A stretch of DNA of 64,000 nucleotides from Fibrobacteria bacterium (GTDB taxonomy: Bacteria > Fibrobacterota > Fibrobacteria > UBA11236), in contig JAYTSD010000045.1 in the NCBI GenBank assembly GCA_043745805.1, positions 32,001 to 96,000 on the forward strand, in the 5' to 3' direction. Of the stretch, positions 50,092-60,181 are shown piece after piece. Position 1 is the first letter of the stretch; each line of letters begins with the position of its first letter. The translations under genes and the position numbers were made by a program. The notes under the pieces are model-generated. The model was not told the origin of the DNA. It ran no database searches and saw nothing but the letters and a program-made list of their open reading frames with translations.

Positions 50092-51747
50092 CTATGTGTT
50101 TTCTAATAACAAAGTTTGATTGGTTACATCGCAAACTTCACTAGGTCCAAAATATTGAATAGGGCCAGGATATAAAAAGGAATCCTCCACAGCCCAAACT
50201 TCACGATACTTAGCGAAATATAAGAAAGCCGGTCCAGTAAGCTCTACAAGGGCTTTTTGAATTACGGGTTTCATTTTGCCATGTCTTTGTTCCATATTGA
50301 ATAACATGCTAATGGGAATACCACCTGCGGTCCAAGCATCAACCCCTTTAGAGAGGTCTCGAATGGAAGCCATATAACCTGTTAATCCATTGGCTAATAA
50401 AACGGCCGCGGTACAGCCTAGGCTATAGCAATAATCGGCATCAAAATTAGAAGGAGCTGCTGCGCGGCCTTCATAGCCAAAGAAATGATGTTGTGCTGAA
50501 AATTTGCCTTTATAATCATTGCTCGCTTTTAATTTTTGGCCAACCAATTCGCTAAGTAATTTTTCCGTATCGATTTGTGAAACCTGTACGTTACCATGGG
50601 GATCGCGGTCGAGCAGCAATTGGATTTGTATGCCCGGAGGTAAACTCAAAAAAGTCTTTAACGTTTCGCCACCTAACCATTGCAATACCTTAGTGACTTT
50701 TTCGGTCGATGTGGTAAGAGCTGTAAACTCAATTTCATGATGGGCTAATAAATCATTGAGTTGCGAAATTAAGGTATTAAAGGAGGGAATAAATTCAATC
50801 AAACCTTCGGGTACCAAAACTACGCCATAATTTTTGCCTTTATCTGCACGTACTTTAACCGCATCAGCAATTTGCGTGACCACATCGTCTAAGCTTTGTT
50901 TTTTAGCTAAGACTTCTTCGGAAATGAGGGTAACATTCGCATGGGTTTGCAAAGCGGCCTCTAAAGCAATGTGTGAAGCAGAGCGACCCATAAGTTTAAT
51001 AAAATGCCAATATTTTTTTGCAGAACTGGCATCGCGCGCAATATTGCCAATTAATTCTGCATAGGTTTTTACTGCCGTATCAAAGCCAAAAGAAACAGGG
51101 ATATAAGCATTTTTTAAATCCCCATCGATGGTTTTGGGTACACCGGTTACCGTAGCGGCTACGTTCTTTTCTTGAAAATACTCGGCTAAAACGGCTGCAT
51201 TGGTATTTGAGTCATCGCCGCCAATAATCACAATTGCATGAATGTTTAATTTTTTAATGACGTCTATACAACAATCGAATTGTTCCGTGGTTTCGAGTTT
51301 GGTGCGTCCCGATCCAATAATATCAAAGCCACCGGTATTGCGGAAGGCATTCATTTTTGCTTGATCGATGATTTCGTATTTACCTTTTTCTAATCCGCTT
51401 GGTCCGCCTAAAAAACCAAATAATTGACTATCGGGATGTAAAACTTTAATGCTATCAAAAATACCGGCAATCACATTATGACCACCAGGCGCTTGTCCAC
51501 CGGATAAAACCACACCTACATTTAAAGGTTTAATTTCGGCTGATGAAGGCTTGGCTTCAAATTGTATTAAAGGCAATCCAAAACTATGGGGAAAATTACT
51601 TTTGATGGCGACTTTATCTTTGGGAGGTTCAGCACTTATTCCTTTTACCGCTGAAACTTGGCGAATACCCTGGCGTAAACTTTGTGGTAATTTAGGATGA
51701 TATTGTTGACGATGTTTTTCTAGTACAGAAATAAGACTCACAAGCAC
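50092..51747 (-). CDS. pfp: Pyrophosphate-dependent phosphofructokinase
   Basis: SGGQAPGGHNV, IGGDDSNTNAA, PKTIDGD, MGRSASH and GYEGR motifs. Confidence 0.95.
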   Translation of the reverse strand: MLVSLISVLEKHRQQYHPKLPQSLRQGIRQVSAVKGISAEPPKDKVAIKSNFPHSFGLPLIQFEAKPSSAEIKPLNVGVVLSGGQAPGGHNVIAGIFDSIKVLHPDSQLFGFLGGPSGLEKGKYEIIDQAKMNAFRNTGGFDIIGSGRTKLETTEQFDCCIDVIKKLNIHAIVIIGGDDSNTNAAVLAEYFQEKNVAATVTGVPKTIDGDLKNAYIPVSFGFDTAVKTYAELIGNIARDASSAKKYWHFIKLMGRSASHIALEAALQTHANVTLISEEVLAKKQSLDDVVTQIADAVKVRADKGKNYGVVLVPEGLIEFIPSFNTLISQLNDLLAHHEIEFTALTTSTEKVTKVLQWLGGETLKTFLSLPPGIQIQLLLDRDPHGNVQVSQIDTEKLLSELVGQKLKASNDYKGKFSAQHHFFGYEGRAAAPSNFDADYCYSLGCTAAVLLANGLTGYMASIRDLSKGVDAWTAGGIPISMLFNMEQRHGKMKPVIQKALVELTGPAFLYFAKYREVWAVEDSFLYPGPIQYFGPSEVCDVTNQTLLLENT

Positions 51748-51912
51748 TCCAAAGCAAAATTGTTTATGAGTTAAAAATAATTTGCAGTACGATTAATTCC
51801 GAGATTAATTTGTTATTGCCGAACACCTTCGCAATTAAAACAGCTTTCTTATTGGCTTTAGGTAAAGAGATTGACGAAATCTGGGACTATTACGTAAATT
51901 AACCCACCTCAT

Positions 51913-51989
51913 CGGGATGTGGCTCAGTCTGGTAGAGTACTTGAATGGGGTTCAAGTGGTCGTGGGTTCGAATCCCGCCATCCCGACCA
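51913..51989 (+). tRNA. tRNA-Pro (GGG)
   Basis: Acceptor stem CGGGATG/CATCCCG, anticodon arm CTTGA-ATGGGGT-TCAAG, GTTCGAATC T-loop, CCA; TTGACG promoter-like box at 51871. Confidence 0.95.
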
Positions 51990-51994
51990 GAATT

Positions 51995-52029
51995 AAAAAA
52001 ACGGCAGTTTTTAACAACTGCCGTTTTTT
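51995..52029 (+). terminator. Terminator after tRNA-Pro
   Basis: AAAAAACGGCAGTT...AACTGCCGTTTTTT hairpin. Confidence 0.8.
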
Positions 52030-52058
52030 CCGCAGCAAATTAATTTAAGAGAGACCTA

Positions 52059-52553
52059 ATGGAAAATAACCTTTGTTCTTGTGATACCAAAAAACCTTAT
52101 TCACAATGTTGCGAACCCGTACTAAAGGGCGTGAAAATTGCGGAATCCCCCATGGAATTAATGCGTGCGCGTTATTCAGCTTTTGTCCATCAAGAAATTG
52201 ATTTTATTGTGAACTCGATTGCGCCTAGTAAAAAGAAAGAATTTGATCGCAAGGATATTGAAGATTGGTCGAAAAATACCGAGTGGATGGGACTTGAAAT
52301 CGTATCTACGGAAAACGGTGGTCCTAATGATGACAAGGGGCAGGTAGAATTTATTGCCACCTCACGCGATAAAGAGGAAATCAATAAGCATCATGAATTA
52401 GCTTCCTTCGTGAAAATAAAGGGTTCATGGTTTTTTGAAACTGGACGCACACCTCCTGCTAAGCCCATAAAATTAGAGGGTCCCAAAATTGGTCGTAATG
52501 ATCCTTGTCATTGTGGTAGCGGACAGAAGTTTAAGAAATGCCATGGGAAATAG
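52059..52553 (+). CDS. ychJ: YchJ family SEC-C protein
   Basis: C.C......[23 protein letters not shown] and [16 protein letters not shown] motifs. Confidence 0.9.
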   Translation: MENNLCSCDTKKPYSQCCEPVLKGVKIAESPMELMRARYSAFVHQEIDFIVNSIAPSKKKEFDRKDIEDWSKNTEWMGLEIVSTENGGPNDDKGQVEFIATSRDKEEINKHHELASFVKIKGSWFFETGRTPPAKPIKLEGPKIGRNDPCHCGSGQKFKKCHGK

Positions 52554-52585
52554 CTAATTGCTAACTCCTAGGTTTACGTGTAGGT

Positions 52586-53110
52586 TTATTTCAAGGCATG
52601 TAAACTATTTGCTGCTCGTATTTTTTGCGCTTTAGCCCAAAGGGCCTTGTCCTTCTTTAAAAACCGAATTAAAGCCGAAGAGGTGCATGCTAAGGCTTGA
52701 CCAGCAGGGGAAACCTGGCCCAGAAACTTTCCTAAATAGTAAATCGAACGCATGGCAAAAATGGGGAAGTCATCATGGGATGCGCTGCACTCTATCCGAA
52801 AAATAGGCGCGCTAAAGATGGTTAATTTTTCAGTATCATTGTCGTCCTCGTTAAAATTTATAGGCCATAAAAGCGCAAGTTGCATTCGTAATTTATGCAA
52901 GGAATCTTGCAGGTTACGTTGAGATTCTCGAAAGGCCTCAGCTTCAGCTGAAATTTGTGAAGGGTTATGAATTAAGCGTATACCACTATACACACGATTC
53001 CGTTTTTGACCGCCAGGTCCCGAACCTTGATAACGTTCCTGTTTACAAGTCCGGAGAAATTCTTCAGGGGAAAGGGCCAAATACTGGCAGATTAAATTTG
53101 CGGCAAGCAT
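52586..53110 (-). CDS. Class-I release factor-like GGQ peptidyl-tRNA hydrolase domain protein
   Basis: GSGPGGQKRN...IRL.H.PS...RESQ.N motif; start codon uncertain (53110 or 53134). Confidence 0.82.
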   Translation of the reverse strand: MLAANLICQYLALSPEEFLRTCKQERYQGSGPGGQKRNRVYSGIRLIHNPSQISAEAEAFRESQRNLQDSLHKLRMQLALLWPINFNEDDNDTEKLTIFSAPIFRIECSASHDDFPIFAMRSIYYLGKFLGQVSPAGQALACTSSALIRFLKKDKALWAKAQKIRAANSLHALK

Positions 53111-53163
53111 ATTGATTTTTTCGTTTAACCTCAATAAAAGGTTAGTTTATTATGGGAGGTTTT

Positions 53164-53556
53164 ATGGCTACAGATAAAAAATTTGCTGAATTTATAATGG
53201 ATCAAGCACGAGCAGCAGGACATGTTTTGGCTAAGCCTATGTTTGGGGATTACGGCCTATACTGCGATGGGAAAATTGTGGGTCTAATCTGTGACGATCA
53301 ATTATTTATCAAACCCACGGAAGCCGGTAAAAAATTTATCGATGATATTGTCGAAGCTCCGCCATATCTAGGGGCTAAGAATTATTTTCTCATTGAAGAT
53401 AAATTCGAAGAACGAGATTGGATTTCAGAATTAATTAAAATCACCGCAGAGGCTTTGCCACAAAAAGTTTTTAAAGGAAAACATGCTGTCAAAAAAATAG
53501 TCAAAAAGAAGTCGTTAAAAAAAGCTTCTGTAAAACAGAAATCTAAACCCTCATGA
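53164..53556 (+). CDS. TfoX N-terminal domain protein with Lys-rich tail
   Basis: SD GGAGG; KPMFGDYGLYCDGK..GLICDDQLFIKPT and PPY.GAK motifs. Confidence 0.88.
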   Translation: MATDKKFAEFIMDQARAAGHVLAKPMFGDYGLYCDGKIVGLICDDQLFIKPTEAGKKFIDDIVEAPPYLGAKNYFLIEDKFEERDWISELIKITAEALPQKVFKGKHAVKKIVKKKSLKKASVKQKSKPS

Positions 53557-54125
53557 CCCTTAAAGAATTTTATTATCGAGGTTTGCCCGTTGGTGTTTTC
53601 GAAACGGAAAATTATCCAACCGAAAAGGGTATGTACAAATACTCACCCTATCTTGGCGTAGCCCATCAGGAAATGTTAGACGCATTAAGTAAAATAAAAA
53701 TTGCTCGATGCTACTATGACACTAGTCATGGCCGCCTATTTTTTGATGTTCATGAATGTAAAGAAAATACATGGTTTGAAATAGACAATTTCGAATGGGT
53801 TAAGCTTACGGATAAAAATTTACTGAAATGGCTTGCGCCTTGGATTCCCGCTGTTGCAGGGCTTGAAAAGGAATTAACCAAAGAAGTAGGCTCTGGGCAT
53901 GTGCTTTATCAATTACAATGTTTGTCCATTGGAAGGCGAATTGATAATGATGAAGTCCTTTTTCAAATTTATAATTCTTCGATTAATTATGCCGTGGTGC
54001 ATTTAACATGGTTGGGAAAAATGGAAATGGATGATTCATTACCCAAGGTGGAATTGTTCACAACTATCGAAGAATGGGCTGAATTAAAAATGAAGACGGA
54101 CCATTTGGCTTATATGGATTTTTAA
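53553..54125 (+). CDS. Hypothetical two-module protein
   Basis: ATGA-coupled to the tfoX-like gene; C-terminal EL..E....H.LY...RR.D.D.VLF...YAVVHLTW module. Confidence 0.7.
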   Translation: MTLKEFYYRGLPVGVFETENYPTEKGMYKYSPYLGVAHQEMLDALSKIKIARCYYDTSHGRLFFDVHECKENTWFEIDNFEWVKLTDKNLLKWLAPWIPAVAGLEKELTKEVGSGHVLYQLQCLSIGRRIDNDEVLFQIYNSSINYAVVHLTWLGKMEMDDSLPKVELFTTIEEWAELKMKTDHLAYMDF

Positions 54126-54221
54126 TTTCTCTTTCTATAAATCTTTGCTTTATTAAAGCAAAGAGGACATTTTTAAAAAGTTATTAGAGATCAGGGCTTA
54201 AGCAAATATTGATATAAGGCA

Positions 54222-54446
54222 TCATTTTAAATGAAAGCGTTTCAGTTTTAACGCTTCCATTTCAGCATCGCCGATGAGCAAATCCGTTTTTTCGAAATCA
54301 TAAGCCAAATCATTATTCGCTTTTTTATTGGGCTTGGATCCCAAATTAGTTCGGTTTACGTGCTTTCCATTGGCCGCATATGCAATATTGGCAGAATCTA
54401 TGACATTATTGCAGATTTTATTGCCCTCATTTATCGAAAAATGCAA
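54222..54446 (-). other. Possible small ORF or gene remnant
   Basis: 74-aa open frame with a TTG start filling an intergenic gap; no recognisable motif. Confidence 0.25.
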
Positions 54447-54484
54447 TGCCTAGTGCTACAATAAGTCCAAACTAGGCGGACTTA

Positions 54485-55861
54485 TTGATTGACAAAATAT
54501 CGTATCAACCTATTGATACTTTAAAGCTCTCCGAACTCATCGCTTCGCTTAGCCATGCTTTGGATATGACTGAGGGGCAACCTGCTGGGCATTGTATTCG
54601 TAGTTGTTGGATAGGCATACACATTGGGAGAACGATCCAACTCGAAGAAAAAATATTACGTGATTTATATTACACTTTACTCTTGAAGGATTTAGGCTGT
54701 AGTAGTAATGCGGCGCGCATTTGTGAATTGTACTTGTCTGATGATTTACAATTCAAACGCAATTTTAAATTGATCAATAGTGGAAGTATTGCGCAAGTTT
54801 TGGATTTCGTTTTCAAAAATACCGCTTCTGGTTCGCGTCTTCCTCAGCGTTTAACTTCGCTGATTAATGTTATGCGCAATGGGTCGGAAATTACGCAGGA
54901 AATGACGCAAACTCGCTGCACGCGCGGTGCGGATATTGCTCGGCAATTACGTTTTAGCGAAGCTGTTGCGGAGGGAATTTATAATCTCGATGAACATTGG
55001 GATGGGGGAGGTCATCCGGGCCATTTGAAAAAGGAACAGATCCCATTATTCTCACGCATTGCCTTATTGTCACAAGTGATAGACGTGTTTCATTTTTCAG
55101 GCGGAAAAGAAACAGCCTTAAAAGAAATTGCCGAACGCAGTGGTAAATGGTTTGATCCGCAATTAGTGAAAGCTTTTCAACAAGTCGCAGATAAGAAAGA
55201 ATTTTGGGAAGGGTTGATTGCAACTGATTTGCAAAAAACTTTGCTTTCCTTAGAACCTGGTTTACAAACGGTTTCTTTGGACGATGATTTTTTGGATGAA
55301 ATTGCGGCTGCATTTGGACAGGTCGTGGATTCAAAAAGTCCTTATACAGCAGGCCATAGTGAACGTGTGGCGGTATATGCCGAATTGATTGGGCAAGAAC
55401 TGGGTTTAGATAATAATTATCGGCGATGGCTAAAACGCGGCGCCTTATTGCATGACTTGGGAAAGCTAGGCGTAAGCAATACCATACTGGATAAACCTGG
55501 TAAATTAGATGAGGAAGAATGGAAACAAATTCGTTTACATCCAGGGTTAACCGAACAAATTTTAGTGCAAATGCCAGCTTTTCGAGAATTGGCTTTAGTG
55601 GCAGGGGCACATCATGAAAAATTGGATGGTACAGGTTACCCTAAAAAAATGTGTGGTGAAGAAATCACTTTGGGTACACGCGTAATTACCACGGCGGATA
55701 TATTCGATGCCATTACCGCAAATCGGCCCTATCGAGGCCCAATTCCCGTGGCTAAGGCTTTGGATATGATGGAGGCGGAAATAGGAGTTGCCATTGATGC
55801 GCAATGCTTTGCCGCCTTAAAAACATCTTTGAATCGGCTGCCTGAAAACGCACCCAAATAA
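54485..55861 (+). CDS. Tandem HD / HD-GYP cyclic-di-GMP phosphodiesterase
   Basis: Degenerate N-terminal domain (KDLG, EHWDGGGHP); intact C-terminal domain (GHSERV, HDLGK, HHEKLDGTGYP, RPYR). Confidence 0.9.
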   Translation: MIDKISYQPIDTLKLSELIASLSHALDMTEGQPAGHCIRSCWIGIHIGRTIQLEEKILRDLYYTLLLKDLGCSSNAARICELYLSDDLQFKRNFKLINSGSIAQVLDFVFKNTASGSRLPQRLTSLINVMRNGSEITQEMTQTRCTRGADIARQLRFSEAVAEGIYNLDEHWDGGGHPGHLKKEQIPLFSRIALLSQVIDVFHFSGGKETALKEIAERSGKWFDPQLVKAFQQVADKKEFWEGLIATDLQKTLLSLEPGLQTVSLDDDFLDEIAAAFGQVVDSKSPYTAGHSERVAVYAELIGQELGLDNNYRRWLKRGALLHDLGKLGVSNTILDKPGKLDEEEWKQIRLHPGLTEQILVQMPAFRELALVAGAHHEKLDGTGYPKKMCGEEITLGTRVITTADIFDAITANRPYRGPIPVAKALDMMEAEIGVAIDAQCFAALKTSLNRLPENAPK

Positions 55862-56056
55862 TTCTTAACCTAAGAAGCTAAATAAATTTAATCCGTCAAT
55901 TTTGCAAAACAAAGTTTTAATTTAGTTGTATAAAATTTGACCTGCAATTCTTGACCAGCGACTTCATCTGTAATATGGATTGATAAGGTCAAAAAAATCA
56001 AACATTTAGAAATAAAATTTTCTATTACGCACTAGAATTGGTAGTTTAAAATAAGT

Positions 56057-56839
56057 ATGCCAATGACGATTAAGCCCAAGCAGATAAAAAACATTTTTTT
56101 ACTGCTAACAAGTTTTTTGTCGACAGGCTGTTTGTATTCCGTACACCATTTTAATACGGGTACTATTTTACCGGCAGGTAAAAGCCAGGTTACTCTCGGC
56201 GCAGGACAGGAGACTTTATGGAAATGCCAACATAGTCAGCCAGACAGCATTTCGCATGTATGCAGAGAAAACGAAAGTAAATATGGAAATGAAACTATTT
56301 CGAATTCAGAAATTTTTACTGGAAGTTTAAATTATCGCTTAGGGATTCGTGATTCATGGGGCCCTTTTCCGGGAGCTGAATTGGAGTGGCATTTGGAATT
56401 ACCGACCAATCCTGCTACCATGGAATTTGCATTGAATTTAGCCTTGCCAGGCGGGCATACCTTTCATCATAAAATCGGAGCAGGTTGGGGTATCGGAGCT
56501 TGGGCGGACAATTCCTTTTTTATGGAATATGCTTTGTCACAAAGTTGGGGGAGTACTTTGGGTTTTGGTAACTTACGTGCTACCTATTTAGCCACGCAAA
56601 TAGGCGAGGTAACTTCGGGAAATTTTTCGGATCCACTGCCTAGTAATCAGCATTTGCTTTTACAAGCAGGAATGGGAGTATTTTATCGATTACCTGATTG
56701 GATAATTATTCCTGATTTTATTATCCCGCAAGTAAATTTAACCCTTCCGCAAATCCCCTCAGGTAATCAGCAATTTAGTGCAAAGGATATTCCACTTGCA
56801 CAATGGAACATTAATTTGGGTCTAGGATGGAATTTTTAA
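56057..56839 (+). CDS. Lipoprotein with beta-barrel-like C-terminus
   Basis: STGC lipobox; ends WNINLGLGWNF. Confidence 0.72.
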   Translation: MPMTIKPKQIKNIFLLLTSFLSTGCLYSVHHFNTGTILPAGKSQVTLGAGQETLWKCQHSQPDSISHVCRENESKYGNETISNSEIFTGSLNYRLGIRDSWGPFPGAELEWHLELPTNPATMEFALNLALPGGHTFHHKIGAGWGIGAWADNSFFMEYALSQSWGSTLGFGNLRATYLATQIGEVTSGNFSDPLPSNQHLLLQAGMGVFYRLPDWIIIPDFIIPQVNLTLPQIPSGNQQFSAKDIPLAQWNINLGLGWNF

Positions 56840-59292
56840 TGCCTAAGGTTTCGGGATTCCTGAAGCAAAATCAATGTAGGTATCGATACCTGTCCCTAAT
56901 TTTTTTGCTGGGAATATTATTAGGGAATGATCTTTATGCAGAAGAAGTTAATAGTAACCTCAATATTACCTTCAAAGCTAATTCAGATTCTTTAACGTTG
57001 GAGTTACCGGACGCGCGCGTAATAGCTAAAAAGAAAAACCAAACAGCGGAAAGTATTAAAAGCGATTTCGTGCGTAAAATCCCCAGCACCTTAAATGATC
57101 CTTTGCGAGTAATTGCTTTCACTCCTGGCGTTACGGTGCAAAATGATTTGAATGTGCGGCCATTTATTCGTGGCGGTGACGCGGAACAAACGGAAGTGGT
57201 GATGAATGGAATCGCTTTATTACAACCTTATCATGTAGGAGGCGTATTCTCAATTTTTAATTTAAGCACATTGGAGTCTGTTGAGTTATATCGTGACGAT
57301 TTTCCTGTAGAATATCCCGGGGTATTATCCGGAGTTGTGAATTTGAAAAACAAAAATCCTTTCGAAAGTGAATCGCATGTTAATGCGAATATCTCCTTAG
57401 TTCGTGGCGATGCTTTTGCTGAATTACCCATTATTAAAAATCAATTGAGTGTGTATGGTGCGGCCCAAGCTTTTTTATTCAACCGTTCTTTGCGCGGCTT
57501 ACTAAATGCAAGCTCAGCTGCTTCTAGCGATAGTACTTTTCAAGAAGATATACAGGGTTATCGCGAACATATTAATTTACCAGAATTTCAAGATTATCAT
57601 TGGGGTGCCGCTTATGCAGTAAATGATAACTTGCATTTCCATTATAATGGAAACTTTTCTTTAGATGATTATGCTGTACTAATTCCTCGGCAGGCGAATA
57701 TTTTACATGGCTTATCACCCGGGCCTTCCAGCCCACCGTTGGTGCCAGAAAAGGAAATTAAACGTACACAAAAGCTTTCGGTAGACAGTGTGTCGGCGGT
57801 TAATATCAATAATCAAATGCATTTATGGAATATGAGTTGGGATATTAATTCCCAGCATTTTTTAGAAAATAATTTTGGCTTTCAATCGCAAAACTGGGAT
57901 GTGGGTTTTAAAAAAGGTGCTGGTGTAACTGCCTACTCCAATAAGCCTTTGGCACTTTCTGAAGCTACGCGCATTTTTAATTATCAGCTCGTGGATCATT
58001 ATACACTATCGGAAAGTAATCAATTAAAATGGGGACTAAGTTATGATTATAAACAACAAAAGTATAATGCTGAATTGCCTTATGTTCTTTATGATGTTGT
58101 AGTTAATAGTAATATCGATATGTTAGCGGATTTGGGAAGTTTTTCGCCTTCTGGTTTTACTATTGAAAAGGACGATAGCAGTAAATCTAATTTAGACTAT
58201 TTGGGAGATTATCCGGCACGTATACGTTTTTCCCATTCCGGTGAATTAACCGATCATTTCGCTAGTTTGTTTTTTTCTCAAACCTTAAAAACCTCTTCGG
58301 GCTCTTTGTCTTATGGACTGCGAGGAGAATATCAAAATAGAACACAAGAGTTTTTCCCTGCGCCGCGCTTGTCTTATCGATGGAATGTAGATCCCAAAAA
58401 TGAATTGGTTTTTAATTCGGGACTTTATTCCCAAAATAATTTGCCTTATTATCAAAGAGATGAAAATAATAATTTGCAATCTGAAAAATCAGCCCAAGTG
58501 GGTTTACAATGGTCGCATGAATTTTCCAAAGGGTATCGCTTAGTAGTTGATAATTATTATAAATACTACTATGACTTGGTTTCCTCTAATTTAGTTCCCA
58601 ATAATACTATTGATTTGCAAAGCTTATTATTGCCGATGCCACGATCAAAGCTGTCCGCTAGCGAATTGCAGAATTTAAAAAGTGTCTTAGATACCACGAA
58701 AAACTTTTCGGGACTTTCCGATTCAATTCAACAATTAGCGTATGCAAATTTTGGTGGGTTAAATTTTGCTTATAATAACAGTGGCAAAGGTAATAGTGTA
58801 GGGACGGAGCTGGCTTTTTATTATGATCCCACAAATGTATGGAGTGGATGGGCTTCCGTTGATTTAAGTTTTTCTAATCGCCAAGATGTATCAGATCAAC
58901 CTTATTATGCGTTTGCCAATCATCGCCCTTTGATTTTGAATTGGGTCAATACTTTTACTATGCCTAGTAATTATAGTCTCAGCTTTACTTATCGGTGGGC
59001 TATGGGTCAATCATATACGCCTTATTCAGGCACTTCGGAAGATAAAAACTTACAGCCGATTATTGTGGGTGCGCGTAATGCCGGACGCTTGTCGCCGTAT
59101 AGTCGCTTGGATATGCGCTTGGCGCATAATACGCATTGGCGCAATAGTAATTTTAAAGCTTATATTGAAATTTGGAATGCGATGAATAATCCAAATTATT
59201 TTGCACGCGATAAGGAAACCGGCCAATTAAAATCTGCTCAACTTAATTGGCCTTTCCCTTTATTGTTTTTGGGCTTGAACTGGGAAATATGA
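56839..59292 (+). CDS. TonB-dependent receptor (plug + barrel)
   Basis: DPLR...PGV, IRGG...Q...NG...PYH..G.FS.FN plug; N..L.SEKS.Q; RL.PY.RLD.R; start 56839 or 56827. Confidence 0.88.
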   Translation: MPKVSGFLKQNQCRYRYLSLIFLLGILLGNDLYAEEVNSNLNITFKANSDSLTLELPDARVIAKKKNQTAESIKSDFVRKIPSTLNDPLRVIAFTPGVTVQNDLNVRPFIRGGDAEQTEVVMNGIALLQPYHVGGVFSIFNLSTLESVELYRDDFPVEYPGVLSGVVNLKNKNPFESESHVNANISLVRGDAFAELPIIKNQLSVYGAAQAFLFNRSLRGLLNASSAASSDSTFQEDIQGYREHINLPEFQDYHWGAAYAVNDNLHFHYNGNFSLDDYAVLIPRQANILHGLSPGPSSPPLVPEKEIKRTQKLSVDSVSAVNINNQMHLWNMSWDINSQHFLENNFGFQSQNWDVGFKKGAGVTAYSNKPLALSEATRIFNYQLVDHYTLSESNQLKWGLSYDYKQQKYNAELPYVLYDVVVNSNIDMLADLGSFSPSGFTIEKDDSSKSNLDYLGDYPARIRFSHSGELTDHFASLFFSQTLKTSSGSLSYGLRGEYQNRTQEFFPAPRLSYRWNVDPKNELVFNSGLYSQNNLPYYQRDENNNLQSEKSAQVGLQWSHEFSKGYRLVVDNYYKYYYDLVSSNLVPNNTIDLQSLLLPMPRSKLSASELQNLKSVLDTTKNFSGLSDSIQQLAYANFGGLNFAYNNSGKGNSVGTELAFYYDPTNVWSGWASVDLSFSNRQDVSDQPYYAFANHRPLILNWVNTFTMPSNYSLSFTYRWAMGQSYTPYSGTSEDKNLQPIIVGARNAGRLSPYSRLDMRLAHNTHWRNSNFKAYIEIWNAMNNPNYFARDKETGQLKSAQLNWPFPLLFLGLNWEI

Positions 59293-60144
59293 CTCAAGAT
59301 ATTGTCCCGCTAGGGAATAGTGAATGCTCGGGGAATTAGCAGAGACATTAGATTTTTTTTCTACCGTCAATATATTTCCATGGCGTGCAATTTTATTTTG
59401 CGACACGGCAGCTTTGGTTGCGGCTTCGGGATGCGGATTCACGGAAGTAGTAAAATTATAATCCGTAGAGTAATACATATAATCCACATACATAAACATA
59501 TCCTGTGTCGGCGCGACGCCACCCCAACCGGAAATATTACCACTCCAATGATTTAACATGATTTGACTATTCAAATTGGGAACATCTTTTTTTAAGGTGG
59601 CATAGGGCTTAGAGTCTACAAAATATTCTACTCTATCGGCATACCAATCAAAACGATATTCATGAAAGGCCAAGCTGGGATCGAAGTCCAAAGTTTTCTT
59701 TTGATAATCCACATTTTCCACAATATGATGCAATGTAAAATGAATGTCTTTATTGTCCTTGGTTAAAAATTCAATATCAATTTCATTCAGTGGATTATCA
59801 TTATAAATAAACCATCCTACGACTGCGCCAACGGTGTGGGACGTTTTAATGGAGGCCCGATAAGAACCGTATTTAAAGTTATTACGCTTGGAAGCGATTT
59901 CTGCACAAATAGGTTTTTGTCCGGGTTGTGAACCACTGAGTTTCAGTATTAAAATGCCATTTTCTACCGTAACATTTTGTGTTGCATGGGTACGATTAGT
60001 TCCTGTCCATGCGGATTTATCCCAAAAGGCATCGAGGTCTGCCATAGAATTAAAATCTTGTTTAATGGTTTCGCTTTGTCCCATGCCATAGAGTAGTAAA
60101 AAAACTAATAGTATAGATAAATTTGAACCCTTATATGTTTTCAT
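59260..60144 (-). CDS. Secreted GH16 glycoside hydrolase (beta-glucanase-like)
   Basis: Signal peptide, YGSY, catalytic EIDIE, FHEYRFDW and MLNHW motifs. Confidence 0.9.
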   Translation of the reverse strand: MKTYKGSNLSILLVFLLLYGMGQSETIKQDFNSMADLDAFWDKSAWTGTNRTHATQNVTVENGILILKLSGSQPGQKPICAEIASKRNNFKYGSYRASIKTSHTVGAVVGWFIYNDNPLNEIDIEFLTKDNKDIHFTLHHIVENVDYQKKTLDFDPSLAFHEYRFDWYADRVEYFVDSKPYATLKKDVPNLNSQIMLNHWSGNISGWGGVAPTQDMFMYVDYMYYSTDYNFTTSVNPHPEAATKAAVSQNKIARHGNILTVEKKSNVSANSPSIHYSLAGQYLESYFPVQAQKQ

Positions 60145-60181
60145 GATAACCCCTTATTTTGTTTGAATGATTAATTGATTT

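Noticed and set aside
48452..52060. Genomic island integrated at either tRNA
   Set aside because: No integrase and no duplicated tRNA 3' end were seen; the flanking genes are housekeeping.
54130..54484. Known c-di-GMP riboswitch upstream of the HD-GYP gene
   Set aside because: No class I (GGCAAAC...GAAA...GACGCAAAG) or class II consensus is visible.
54954..55610. 218-aa antisense ORF inside the HD-GYP gene, and the many other short shadow ORFs in the track
   Set aside because: They lie fully within well-supported genes, show no motifs and have atypical composition.
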